Source of the DNA: Oikopleura dioica
Taxonomy: Eukaryota; Animalia; Chordata
Direction: 5' to 3'
DNA: 64,000 nt
Assembly: GCA_907165135.1 (NCBI GenBank)
Contig: OU015567.1
Span: 14,012,001 to 14,076,000, forward strand
Numbering within the stretch: position 1 is the stretch's first letter; each line of letters begins with the position of its first letter. The position numbers were made by a program, and so were the translations under genes. The notes beneath the pieces were generated by a model that searched no databases, was not told where the DNA came from, and worked only from the letters and a program-made list of their open reading frames with translations. This document shows, one piece after another, positions 1 through 11,470 of this stretch.

Positions 1-633
1 TACGTAACTTACCCCGAAGATTGACCGCCTATTTCGGTTCAAAGTTCTTTCTATTCATTCCTGATCGTCTCGCGGAAGGCTTCACGGACAGCGAAAAAAG
101 CTCCCAACACCTTCTTGGCAATTTATTACTATTCCAGTGCGTGTAATTTTCAACAAATGTTTGGTAGCAAGCAGTTCCCAGAATATCCCCACTAGAAGTA
201 TCCTCAGCGACGATGAATCGATCCCCATAAACGTCAGTTATCGCGTCCATATCCTTTCGACTTGCCACGTAGTATGCATTTCCCCATTTAGCTCGCATTT
301 TAACTGATTTAAAATCAGTGATTTTTAATGAAATAAGTGAAGCTAAAACTTACTGTAATATATCCAAGTTGCAGCTGCTAACAGTCCAATAATGGGAAAT
401 CCGAAAGAATATCCAGCTATTGTCAGAAATAGAGATACGAAAATAAAACCAGGCTTGACAATGGCTGAGTACTATTTTTCTAAAATTCTCGTTTTACGAT
501 AAAGCCACTTTTCCTGCCGAGAATTATGCTCCCACCAAAGACGGGGCAAATCTTCCATTATTCCTATCAGCCAAATCCTCTTGCATTCCTTTTCGTCACT
601 TTTTCGGACTGCTCGCAGGCGAAAACTTTTCAT
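1..633 (-). CDS. NAT8/camello-like GNAT N-acetyltransferase, multi-exon, 3' end probably runs off the window
   Basis: ATG at 633 gives MKSFRLRAVRKSDEKECKRIWLIGIMEDLP. Exon 471-357 encodes a hydrophobic segment (GFIFVSLFLTIAGYSFGFPIIGLLAAATWIYY). ORF 29-298 carries the GNAT core (FIVAED..GDILGTAC..ELFSLSVKPSARRSG). This N-term/TM/GNAT layout is typical of the NAT8 family. Confidence 0.8.
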
Positions 634-971
634 ATTTTTAACGCAGTTCGGCGCTTTTCTTGTGTTTACGAACTTTTAGTGACGTAACAATGACAAGTTC
701 TGCGAGATGCGAATTTAAATTGACTGCTGATTGAAGACAAAATGAAAAGGAAGCAGATTTAGATGAGTTGTCATCAGTTTTATTTGAACATTTGGGAAAA
801 GAATGGAGCAAAGCAGGAATTATACAAAGGAATCGACAGGAGAAATCGACCATTATGGTCTAGCAGAACTGGCGACGGATTATATGAATTTTCAAGCGTG
901 TAAGCGAGAAATATAAAAGGAAATTCAAAAGAAAGAAACTTTAAAGAATCAGTCTTTCGAAAAGAGAAAAA

Positions 972-3711
972 TTACTCCTCAGAGCACATTCGGTTCTTGA
1001 ATTGTCGGTGGAGCTTGTTGAAGTGTCGCACGAGTCTGTCAGCGGCAGAGTTTCCGAATCCGGCTCTTGTGCAGGCCCATTTTCGAGAAGCTGAGACGAG
1101 AGCGCTGTTGATTTGCGAAGCAAGCTTGCAGTTGGTCATTCCATCGAAGACCTGGAGATCCTCGGCTTCTTCCTCTGGCTCGTCGGATCCGTCGCATCGG
1201 TACTGTCCTTCGTTAGTATGGGAGTCTAGTTCGCCGATTCTCTTGATCATCTTGTTCATGTATTTACGAGTGAATCTTGTTTTCTCGAGTTGGTCGTTGA
1301 GTCGCTGAACATTAATTTAATCAAATTCATCAAGAATAGAAATTAAATTTAAAAATGAAAAGAAAACTTACGTCTAAATGTCCGTTGACTTTTCGCATTC
1401 GGATGGTGTATTGAGTATTGACTTGTTTCCATGCATGCAAGTCGACGCATTCGCCGTCGATCTCTTCCCAGCCTTCGCCGTCGCAAACGCATTCATATGA
1501 TCCCTCGGTGTTCTGGCATGAAGCTCCGTCAGCGCAAGGGACAAGCATAGAGTCTCCGATCGTAACCAATGTGAGAGATGCCTCAATGATATCGCATTCA
1601 TTGACATCAGCGCAGCTTCCATCGACCATTTCGTAGCCATCGTTGCAAGTGCAAGCACCGTTGTGGCAGAATTCTTGTGCGCCGTCGCAAACGAGTGTTT
1701 CGCAAGCATCGACAGCAGTGCAAGAAAAGCCATCACCGGTAAAGCCATCGTTACAGGCACATGTGTAGCTAGCGGTGGTATCGGTGCAAGTTGCGTCGGC
1801 GTGACAGTCGTCGCTTCCAAGAGCACATTCGTCAACGGCTGCTGCAGCGGTGGCAGCGGCCGCTGCAAAATCTTCAAGATTTTCGACAATGTCTGTGAAT
1901 TGTTGAGCGATGGATCCAGCCGCTGGAGCAGTCTCAAGAACGTCGGGGCAACCGTATGCGCTAAGGCGATCGTAGTCTGCAGCATAGTAGGCGGCGTTTT
2001 TCACGGAGAAAAAGATTTTGTTTAGAGCGTAGTCTGAACAAGTGAGGAAATGGACAGTATCTTCTTCGGGATAGTAAGAGTAGATTCCATCCTCCTGAGT
2101 CGCATCGGTTCCGTAAATGTAAAGATTATTGAGAGATCCACCATCAGGCACGGATGTTGGTGGTGTTCGTGAGCCCTGGTAGCCGGTCCACGACTCCTTC
2201 GTCCAAAAATTGACATCTGTTGCGACGATGATCGTCTTTGCAGAATCTTCTGCCCAGTTCATTGCATCAGCTGCTCTCGTCCAGATCAAGCCGCCGAGAA
2301 CATCCTCTGGGAGATCACCACCGTACCACATATTTCCGAGACGGGTCATGCAATGATTGTATACGTCGGTGATGTCGTCTTCAGTGAATCCACTAACGTC
2401 TTCCAATGGCATTGGGATGTCGAAGAAAAGCGGGGATGTTGAAGTGAACTCTGTTGTGGAGAAAGTTCTATCAGAGTACAGGGAGATACCGAGTCGGAAG
2501 GTCTCGTCTGTTGCGTTTCTTCCAAGCTCTTGGAGTTCTCTGATTGCGTCTTGCACACCGGTGCATGCATCAGAACGGTAGTAGCCGTATGAGCCAGTTC
2601 CGTCAATCATCACTACCATATCGTGGACAATCTCGATCGGCTCCGTGCCGACGCAAGTTTGGATTCCCTCATCATCAGTGACAAGGTCGTAGCCTTCAGC
2701 GCATTCGCAAGTGTAACCGATCGGCTGGTTGAGGCAGGTATGTCTGGAACCTCCGCATCTGTCTTCACCGGCGTCGGCGCATTTGTTGTTCATTTCACAA
2801 CCGTGGTAGGCGTTCATTTGGAATTGATCTTCTGGTGACATCGGCCAAGTTCTCGAAACTGGAGCCCGGATTGATGGATCACTCGCAAGGCCGATGGTTG
2901 GAAGTCCGTCAGCTTCGATTCCGGAGTAGTAGTGGAGAATCGAGTTGAAATCGTAAGGACTGCCAAGGTCTTCCCATTGGCCGAAAGAGAGCTTTCCGTA
3001 GTTTCCATTGCTTGCTACGTTGGCGTGAATAGAGATCCAACTGTCTCTATCAGCTCGCTGATGCTCGTGAAGAAATCCCAATCGATGCATGAACTCGTGG
3101 TTGACTGTTGTTCCGCTGTTCCAGGTGTAGCAATCTGGTCGCATGGTGATTCCGTTATCTCCTGACCATCGACCGACACCGGATGAGCATGCTCTGGTAG
3201 TGACGTCCCAGTTGACTCGAACCACGGAATCGTAGTCACCCTTCTCAGCTTCTGTGATTTGCTTGAGCTTGACACAGGTGAGTCTTTCGAAGTGAGCGAC
3301 GTTTTCGTTGATTCCTTCGATGGACATGGCTCCCGTGTGCGAGCCGTAGACAAGGTCCTCATACCCGTCTGGGAAGTAGTATGGGACAATGTATCTGTTC
3401 TGATCGGGGTCCCACATATTTGTCCATTTTGTAACGAGTCCCTAAAGTTGAAAATTATAATAAAGATTTAACATTTCCCGGGGCGCTGCGGAGCTAAATT
3501 CTAGCGGTGGGTCTTATCATAGGTCAACGTGAACTTACATAGGCACCACGTTCATCTTCTTTGTCACAGTCATCTTCGATGATCATAGAAGGATCGACTG
3601 TGTAACCTTGGCTTTCTAGGTATGCCGCTTGGCACTGATTCAAGAAAGTATCATCGAGTTCTGGTCGGTTTTCAGCATTGACTGCCGTAGCGACTAAAAC
3701 AGAAGTAAGGA
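972..3711 (-). CDS. Secreted astacin (M12A) metalloprotease with EGF, vWA, EGF/EGF-Ca repeats and a helical C-terminal domain
   Basis: Exons 3711-3539 (signal/pro region VLTSVLVATAVNA..), 3441-1372 and 1304-972 join in frame through GT-AG introns. Zinc motif HEFMHRLGFLHEHQRADRD; Met-turn region SILHY; EGF motifs; vWA MIDAS-like DGTGS. The start codon lies upstream and was not located. Confidence 0.9.
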
Positions 3712-5224
3712 CTGTTCATAAAATATAGAGCGATATTGAGGTGACTGATAGCTATCGAAAAGAACGGTAACGGTTACCCTAACCCGTCTACTAATGAGAA
3801 AAAATACTATAGATTTTATTCATAAATAGAGTCTAGGTCAAGAAGCGCTTATAAAAAGCGACCCTGGCTCTTTCTGACTGCTTTGTCAGTGAGGACTCCA
3901 AATCTGCGGTCAAAATAGAGTAGCCTCTAACAAACACTAGTCTGCTTGTCTAACGCTTATAGTCTGAACAGACTATCTGAGCCGCTTAAAAGCTTCTCAG
4001 AATTTCTGAATCAGAAATAACGATGGAATTTAGCCTACCCTGGCCAAATTTAGGCTGAAATCGCGAATCCTAATGGACTTGCAATTTTCGGCCTCTGATT
4101 TTTGTCTAAAAGCTTGTATCGTAAGGATTTCAAACCGTTTGGTTTTGAATCTTAGATTATGTTTCAAGTACTATCTCGGGTAATTTACTTGAGTTATATA
4201 TAATTTATAATGATATATGATGATTTGAATATATGGTGATAGGATATAACCTGCAAGGAATTTGAAAAGCTTCATTTCTTTTCTTTTTTTTTGCTTAGTA
4301 ATCGAAGCAAATGATGCTGAAAGTAACTTTAACAGTCGTTTAAGTACTTTCGTAAACGTCTGGTGCGCTAGCGCTCGTGAGCCATAACACCGTAAAATGC
4401 GCCAAATGAACTTAGAGAGTAAGAATCAATCTGCCTCTCCCACAAAAATCGAAAAAATACAGCATATTTCGATAGAACTCAGCTGGCACTTACCCACAAA
4501 GCGCAAGCATCTTAAAAATCAGACCTTTTTTTTGCTCCGTGTCACAGATGTAGATTAGCCGTGACCCCTGGTTTAGCAACACTTCTATCGACGATAAAAA
4601 GAGAAAAATCCGGAATCTAAATTTGGAATTTATCCGTCACAAACCTTCGAAATTGGGGCCTTTTTCTGAAAAATAAAACCACGGAATTTCTTTCAGCCGC
4701 TTCTTTTAGCCGCTTTCAGCCGCGGTCCACTTCGGGATGTGGTAGCGAGCGCGATTTTTTTTATCAAGTGAAGGGTAAGCCGCGGCAACGGTCCATTTGG
4801 AGATGTGGTGCGTGGGATCCAGCTCAGGATGTGCCATAGTAATTTTACGTCGAAAGAGTTTCTCTCTGAATTTGATGATCATTAATTATAAAATAACTAC
4901 GAGAAGCTAATTTATTGAGAGAGTGTGGTATGTGATTACAGTATTGAATTACACGTCTTCTAACTTATTATATTGCTATAAGAATGGATGATATATTGTT
5001 TGACATGACATTAATAAGAATAAATTTTTCGCCTTAGAAGCGATTTTTCGACGACAAAAAGTGTCTAAAAGATAAGATTAAATGAGGACACATTTGGACA
5101 CCACCTCATTTACATGATAAAAGCTGAAATTAGATGTCATGTATAAAAAGTCCTTGAAGCACAGTTTATTTTCAAGTTTGCGGAATGAGATTTAGAGAGC
5201 TCTTTCTTTTTCATGAATTTAAAA

Positions 5225-5636
5225 GGTTTCCAAGTCTTTCAGAAAGCTTGAAAAACGAGAATTTAATAAAAGCATATCATCGAAAAGTGGCTAAGAACCT
5301 CAGCTTCTCTCCGGTAAATAAGATCAAAATCATCCTTGCAGTTGAGTAATTTTTAAGCTTCGAATCATCCGACAGCTGAGCTTCTTCCGTTCCTTACGTT
5401 CTCTTATTTTTACGTTTTCATTATTCGGTTTCGTCGAATATTTTTCGTCACAGTTGACTATCTGGCAGACAAATAGGGTCCACGATGTTTTGAGTCTTGT
5501 TGGAGCAGTTGGCTATCTCAGCCTAACTTATTCTTTGGACTCGTACTATTCAACACTTGATTGTGCCGCGAAGGAGATTCTGCCCTGGAAGTGTCCTAGC
5601 GATACGAACAATGAACAGAGTCGATGCTCTTTGTAA
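5225..5636 (+). CDS. Possible small spliced gene, unknown product
   Basis: Three short open segments bounded by GT/AG-like sites (..NLIKAYHRKVAKNLSFSP|, LRIIRQLSFFRSL|, LTIWQTNRVHDVLSLVGAVGYLSLTY..*). No recognisable motif and no confident start. Confidence 0.3.
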
Positions 5637-5696
5637 GAATAACCGAGATATAACTAGAGTAAATCACTAATAAATCGATTTTTCTGGGCTTAGTAG

Positions 5697-5877
5697 GGTG
5701 GGCATATAATACAGTTTCGGAAAGTCCAGGAGCTGCGGATCATTGTGTCTTCGGTGGTACCTTAATGCCCTCAGGGTGCAAGATCACCCCCTAATATCAA
5801 AAGTCGAAATGATCCCTAGCTCCTGGGCTTTCAAAAACTGTATAATACCCGTATGTGCCTACCGTACTATGCCCAGA
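5697..5877. repeat. Imperfect inverted repeat (hairpin, MITE-like relic)
   Basis: ATACAGTTTCGGAAAGTCCAGGAGCTGCGGATCATT near 5709 pairs with AATGATCCCTAGCTCCTGGGCTTTCAAAAACTGTAT near 5808-5843. Outer TGGGCATA/TATGCCCA also pair. Confidence 0.65.
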
Positions 5878-7469
5878 AAAATGTCGAAATATTAGAGATT
5901 TCCCCTTAGATACAATCGAGATGATCATGGGATTTTTCAGGTCGAAAGCTCTTTATGGTCACATGCTCAAGAAAAATGAATTTAAAAATTTTGTTTTGGC
6001 TTTAAAAATATTTTAAATATTAATGATGTCACTTAAAACATGTCAAATTATATTCTGAAATTTACGTTTTAGGCCCGAAATCCCCTATTGTTGATAACAC
6101 TTGTTTCGCTCAACTACAACATTTTTTATGAATTTTTTCGTGGAAAAATGAAATACAATTCACGCATTTTTAAAGCCGAAAAGACTGTCCATCGCTCCAG
6201 TTCAATGAATTTGACGATTTCTTTCCGCCTTTTCAACTGTTAAAAGGACACGGTCTTGATGTTAGTTTATCTCAGGTACTCTAAGACAACTCAGAAAATA
6301 AGCACGATCGTAAGAAAATCAATCTTTCCATAAGAGTAGGCACTTTTTCGCACTTGATCGTTAATTTCGCTCGACCATTGAACATCCCTTTTTTCAAGAT
6401 AAACGGAGAACGTTGTAGTGCAACGACTATAAAGCTTAGAGGCTAAACATTATCTGCTTCCCCTCGATCGGAATTCGTATCATTCGGTATCAACGTGCAC
6501 TTTCACGTGCTCCCCTTATCGCCCTGTTGCTAATAAGCTAATTCTTCGGGCAAAATTGTGCAAACTAGACAAATTAATCCGAATAACACCAATTTTTATT
6601 TTCGTTCAAGTTGAAATGAAATGTTGTTTTTTCAACGAAAACGGCGACCTTGACGAACTTCGACGTACTACCCAACAAACGTCATAAAGTTTGGTATCTC
6701 TCTATGCTGTATTTGACCTGTTGTATTGTTCAGCGAAGTAAACCACATAATTTTTGGGTAACCAAAAACTCTACTCAGCTGAAGTGTCTTCATCAATTAG
6801 CTGACAGCATGTAAATAGGACATTTAAAGGACATAACATCGTGTTGCGGGCACGTTGCATGATGCAACATGATTCCTCAACGATCGACATACCGCTTTCC
6901 CAGACCAAGTAAATTGACCTAATGCCACCTTGGCAATGTGGTCCCGCCAAAATCCGATGACCCGGTCCGTCATCTAAAAAGACGATTTCGTTAACTCAGA
7001 GTTTTTACTAACCAAGATCCATTGTAAGAAAATGAGCGGCCGCTTATTTATGTCGTCCACTTCTTTGACCGTTTCGTCGATAATTTGGTCACCTCGAACT
7101 TTGTCTTTTCTGAAATACGATGCGACAACTCAACAGGCGGTTATGTTTACGATTCTCAAAATATGACGACGATTTGCCCTAAATTTGAACGCATTTGTTT
7201 TCATAAGAACAACTCAATTATGCTACGTTTTCGAATTTCACTAGAATTATTTTCAATTTGAAACTTTCAAATTGAAAGTGATAAAAATTTAAGAAAACCT
7301 AAAAGAACAAACTTTTTCCAACATTTTCTGAGGATTTTGCGAAGATTCCTTCTCATCAGCTGATTGAACACGAAAACGGATATGTAAGTAATATTTTTCA
7401 TAAGATAGAATAATTAAAGTAATATTTTCTATTAAAATGATTATTCTATAATGTAAATCAGCTGCTTAT

Positions 7470-7700
7470 TTTAGATATCTTGGACTGCTGAAAGCCTAAG
7501 GCACAGTTATTTACTTCCTGTTTACAATATGGCCCATATTATTGAGATATTGAGTTGAGGGAGGTATATTGAGATAAGTTATCTGAGATAACGATATCAA
7601 TGATATCATATCATCGCTACGAAACCTTTTTAGAATCATCTTGACCAGATAGATAAGTACGATAATAGCACGATATAGATTGTTGATACAGTAGATCTGC
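7470..7700. promoter_or_regulatory. Dense cluster of GATA/TATC motifs upstream of a membrane-protein gene
   Basis: Roughly ten GATA-core words (GAGATAAG, TTATCT, GATAAC, GATATC, GATAGATAAG, GATAAT) in about 230 bp. Function is inferred only. Confidence 0.3.
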
Positions 7701-7726
7701 CCGAGAGGATTCTAAAAAGGTGCGGT

Positions 7727-8990
7727 TTGATGGGGTTAGCTTATCATTCGCTCGAGCTTTATCGAATTAATGGAAGTAAAGACAAACTCTACCTCAGCAC
7801 TGACGATCTTTTCGGCGAATACTTGGCAGTTGTCTTAGAGCAGAAACTTCCACGTTCAAACTCGAACTCCAAGTTCTCAGAAGAGGCCGACTCAGATTTT
7901 CCTTTTCTGACAGATCATCATCATCACAACTACACGCAGTTACTTGGTTTTTCCGAGATCGAAACAACAAAGCGATTTTTCAAGTATACAAAGAAGTTAA
8001 TACTCTGACTAAAAAAATTAAGCATAACACGATACATATCTCTACGAAACAAGAAAACCGGATCTTTCTTGCCCTTCAAAATATGGTCTTTCGCTGCGAT
8101 GACCAGTATCGCCATGCTCTCAGGAGTGTTCCTCCTAGTGTTTATTGGAAAACTGCGAGGAATGAGAAACAACGTAAATGTCCTTGAATGGAACATTCTC
8201 ATTGCAGCGATGATTTATCAATGCTTGCCCTTCGTTCACAACGGCGACCATTCCACTGCAATTTACTCGTTCTTGCTTCAACTGGAAAACTACACCAAGA
8301 TTCTATTCCGCATTTTAATGGCACTTCGAATATTTTATTTCATCTCAGCAATCAATTCTTATACGGTAAGAAAAACAAGGATTACTTTAAGGGAACTACC
8401 TTCGATTTCCAAAATTGACGAAGTTGCGGAAATCGAAGGTAGTACCCTTAATCAAGAAAATTAAGGATTTCCAATCTCGATTTCACTACCAAAAAATGCT
8501 ACGAAATCTGGTTTTTATTATTTGGTTTGGCTATGCTATTTCGATTTTATATCATTGGAACTTACCACCGGAAAACGACCCGATCGACGATTCGTTTTAT
8601 ACTGAACACAGGAATTTCGAGTCGACTCGAGAGAAACTGTTCTCCTCCTTCCTTGTCTTTGTGGTTATACGCGGGTACTTCGCTATTCAACAAACTCGAA
8701 AGCTGTCGCCAAAAGATCGACCAAGAACCTCAAACATGATTCTCCTCCGTACAACGGAAAATATGCTCTTATTGGCCGGAGGTCATTATATTCTTGTAAC
8801 GGTGAGCATTTCCTTCCATCTTGTTGAATTTAATCATGCTTAGGTTGCGCCTTTCAAACTTTCCTGCGAAAACATGATGGTGAAAATCAAGTGCCCATAT
8901 TTGTGCTCCCTGCAGTCTTTCAGGAAAGGAGCTATTCGTGAGACCGGTAGTAGAGCTGTTGTAGGGGCTCATTTCCTCGTCGGAATTCTT
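7727..8990 (+). CDS. Multi-pass membrane protein, unknown family, multi-exon
   Basis: Consecutive ORFs 7727-8008, 8069-8464 and 8415-8843 contain several hydrophobic helices (IWSFAAMTSIAMLSGVFLLVFIG; NILIAAMIYQCLPF; NLVFIIWFGYAISILY; LFSSFLVFVVIRGYF) separated by GTAAG/GTGAG donors. Boundaries are approximate. Confidence 0.55.
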
Positions 8991-9149
8991 TGATGGGAAA
9001 TTAAAGAATTATTATTACTTGAAATACGTCTAAAGGGGGTGAGGTTGTTGAAAACCAAAATAGCGTGAAAACACTTATTTTTGACAGGATGTTAAGGGTG
9101 CATCAGACGCACTGCTTCCCCTTAATTTAAAGTAGAAAGATCTTGTAGC

Positions 9150-9701
9150 TCGTTAAAGAAATGATGTTGATTCGATGTTTGACAATCTGCAGGGCGCTTT
9201 CATCGCATATTTTTCTTCTATTCGCCGCATCGGGAATATATACGTTTGGGTAATTAACCAAAAGTTTATTGAAGAAAATTCTTGTTTTTAGTTCTTCAAT
9301 TATTTTCATGTGTGCAACGGGTCATTAGTCCTTTTTGCAACAAGAGTTCTTCGGGATCAACAAATTTGGAAAGCTTGAATTCGCAGCTTAGTTACTGGGA
9401 TCGCCGTCGACTTGACGACATTTTCGACAATGGAAAGACTGTTGCGTATGTCGATGTAAGCGAAGAAAGAAAAGAAGAAATGAGAAACATCATCGAAGTC
9501 ATTTCAGCAAGCGACAAGCAACGTGCACTGCGGATAATGACTCTTTTGGAAATCATCGACGAGAAACTTCAACGCCACATCAAAGTGCAAATTGAGAAGA
9601 AAGAAACGCTCGACAGGGAAATCGAAGGAGAAGAAGAAACAACCTTCTCAAACCTCTCTTCTCTGCGACATCGACCTATCATCCCTTTTGTTGAACAATA
9701 A
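9150..9701 (+). CDS. Helical, charged coding exon(s); separate small gene or C-terminus of the preceding membrane protein
   Basis: ORF 9282-9701 is protein-like (SYWDRRRLDDIFDNGKTVAYVDVSEERKEEMRNIIEVIS..) and is preceded by a short exon ending in a GTAAT donor. Confidence 0.5.
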
Positions 9702-9976
9702 ATCACCCTCCTCTTCGATAACATTATAAATATTTATATATAGTACAGTTATTTTTGGATGTTAAAATGAAGACTTCCTACCTGTATTTGAAACGGTTAA
9801 TTCAAATTTTGAGTTTCTGAAGAATGTGAGTAAAGAAATTCTAGATAAAATCTCCAACGAGCTCTGTCTTCTCCGCGCGATGATTGGCTGTGAGAAAAGA
9901 GATCTGACTATTCCGCGGATGAATTTTACGAACTCTCGCTTTTTTGCCAGTAAATAAACCATACTTACCCGAGAAT

Positions 9977-10572
9977 ATGTCGGAGAAAAATAATGAGAAT
10001 GCAGAAAGTGCTGTAGAACCACGAAGATCATCAAGGAGAAAAGTCCCAGTAAAAACTTATCAACCTACAGGAGATTATACTGTAAGTCTTGATTAAAATC
10101 TGGCTGATTTTATTTATCAATTATTCTTTTAGGATGTGGCAATGCGAGTGACTGCGAAGGCAACAAAAAAGTGAGTTCTAAGAATAAGATCGGATATTTA
10201 AAATCTCCAAAGGAAAAAGAGCGAGTCACTGGAGGATATCTACACGCAGAAATCGGTGAAATCGCCCGTTATAGCGAGTAAAGCCCTGGCTACTATCACG
10301 GAGAAGGACTCGCCAGATCCGTTTTCGAAGCTGAAAAGAAAACGATTGATGGTGTTTCCAACGGATCCTTCACATAGAAAAGTAAGAGCAGATCATTTTT
10401 TATTTCGGTTTTTATTGAATTATTTTAGCCAAGAAAGCGAAAGCTGACAGAATCAATCAAACGCGCGGCGAAGATTCGAAAAGTCTCTTTGGAAAACGAC
10501 AAGGATAAAATTTTGAAAGAAAAACTCGAGCAGCTGGAAAAGGACCTCGGAGATATCGAAGAAACTAACTAG
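9977..10572 (+). CDS. Small basic Lys/Arg-rich protein (about 150 aa, 4 exons), unknown function
   Basis: Exons join in frame through three GT-AG introns (phases 0, 2, 0): MSEKNNENAESAVEPRRSSRRKVP../DVAMRVTAKATKK/KKSESLEDIYTQK..PSHRK/PRKRKLTESIKRAAKIRK..GDIEETN*. Contains NLS-like PRKRK. Confidence 0.75.
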
Positions 10573-11470
10573 ACAGTCTCTTCAGTCTTCAACAAACTCC
10601 CACTTTACCACAGTCAAAACTGCCACTTTTCACTTTCACAAATTTATCACCTTCAATTACAATTTTCTAAACACATTTATTTTCTGTCTTCGTCGAAAGG
10701 ATAGTCGAATAGATGGAAGGGAAAGGGGTTGAGCAATAACTTATTTCTAATTCGGATATCAATTGTAATTTATTTTTCTTTTGAAGCACTCTTAGTTCGC
10801 GAGGCAGCCCGCGACGAGATTAGATGCCCGGGATAAATCGGCTTTCGGCAACGAGGATCGGAAGTTCAATCTTCATTCCTCAGTCAACAATTTCGATTAT
10901 TTCAGTAGCAGGGCTCTCGATTGCCATCACCATTTCTATGAACTCCTTCCGGACCTCATCATTGAGGCCCTTTAAATTCTTGTAGCGCTTGACTTTCAGC
11001 AACACCTCTTTATCCTTGCGTAAGCGAATGAGATCATAACAACAGGAAAGAATTTCATTTCGTGCACTCGCGAAAGTTATTGCTTTTTTTCTTCATTAAA
11101 AAAACAGTTGGTGAATTTCACAAGCTTTTTTTCGTCACTCAAAAATGGTGTTCCGGCAATTATAAAGCTTCAGCAGAAACATCCGCCAAGGGAACTTCCT
11201 TATTTGGGCGCGGCACCTTTTCCACGTACTGGTACCATGAATTGATTTCGGATATCCTCATCGAGGCACTTGAAGCTTGTACCAGTTGGTAGTTGACTTT
11301 CCGTGGTACCTCTCATCTTTCGAATCAGCAAACGAAAGCAAATGCAGAAATTCATATTATTTCCGGCCATTGTTTATCAAACAGTAAAGTTGAATTTAGC
11401 ACCAGCTCAAGGTTGCGAGAAACAAAAAAATATAATCGTTTTTCAAATACGGTATTTACGACGAGTAAGC

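Noticed and set aside
638-853. 71-aa ORF as the first GNAT exon
   Set aside because: The NAT8-like N-terminus begins at ATG 633 in another frame. This ORF has no motif and is at most a uORF.
1374-3471. Alternative-frame and antisense ORFs over the astacin gene
   Set aside because: Shadows of a GC-rich coding exon with no independent motifs.
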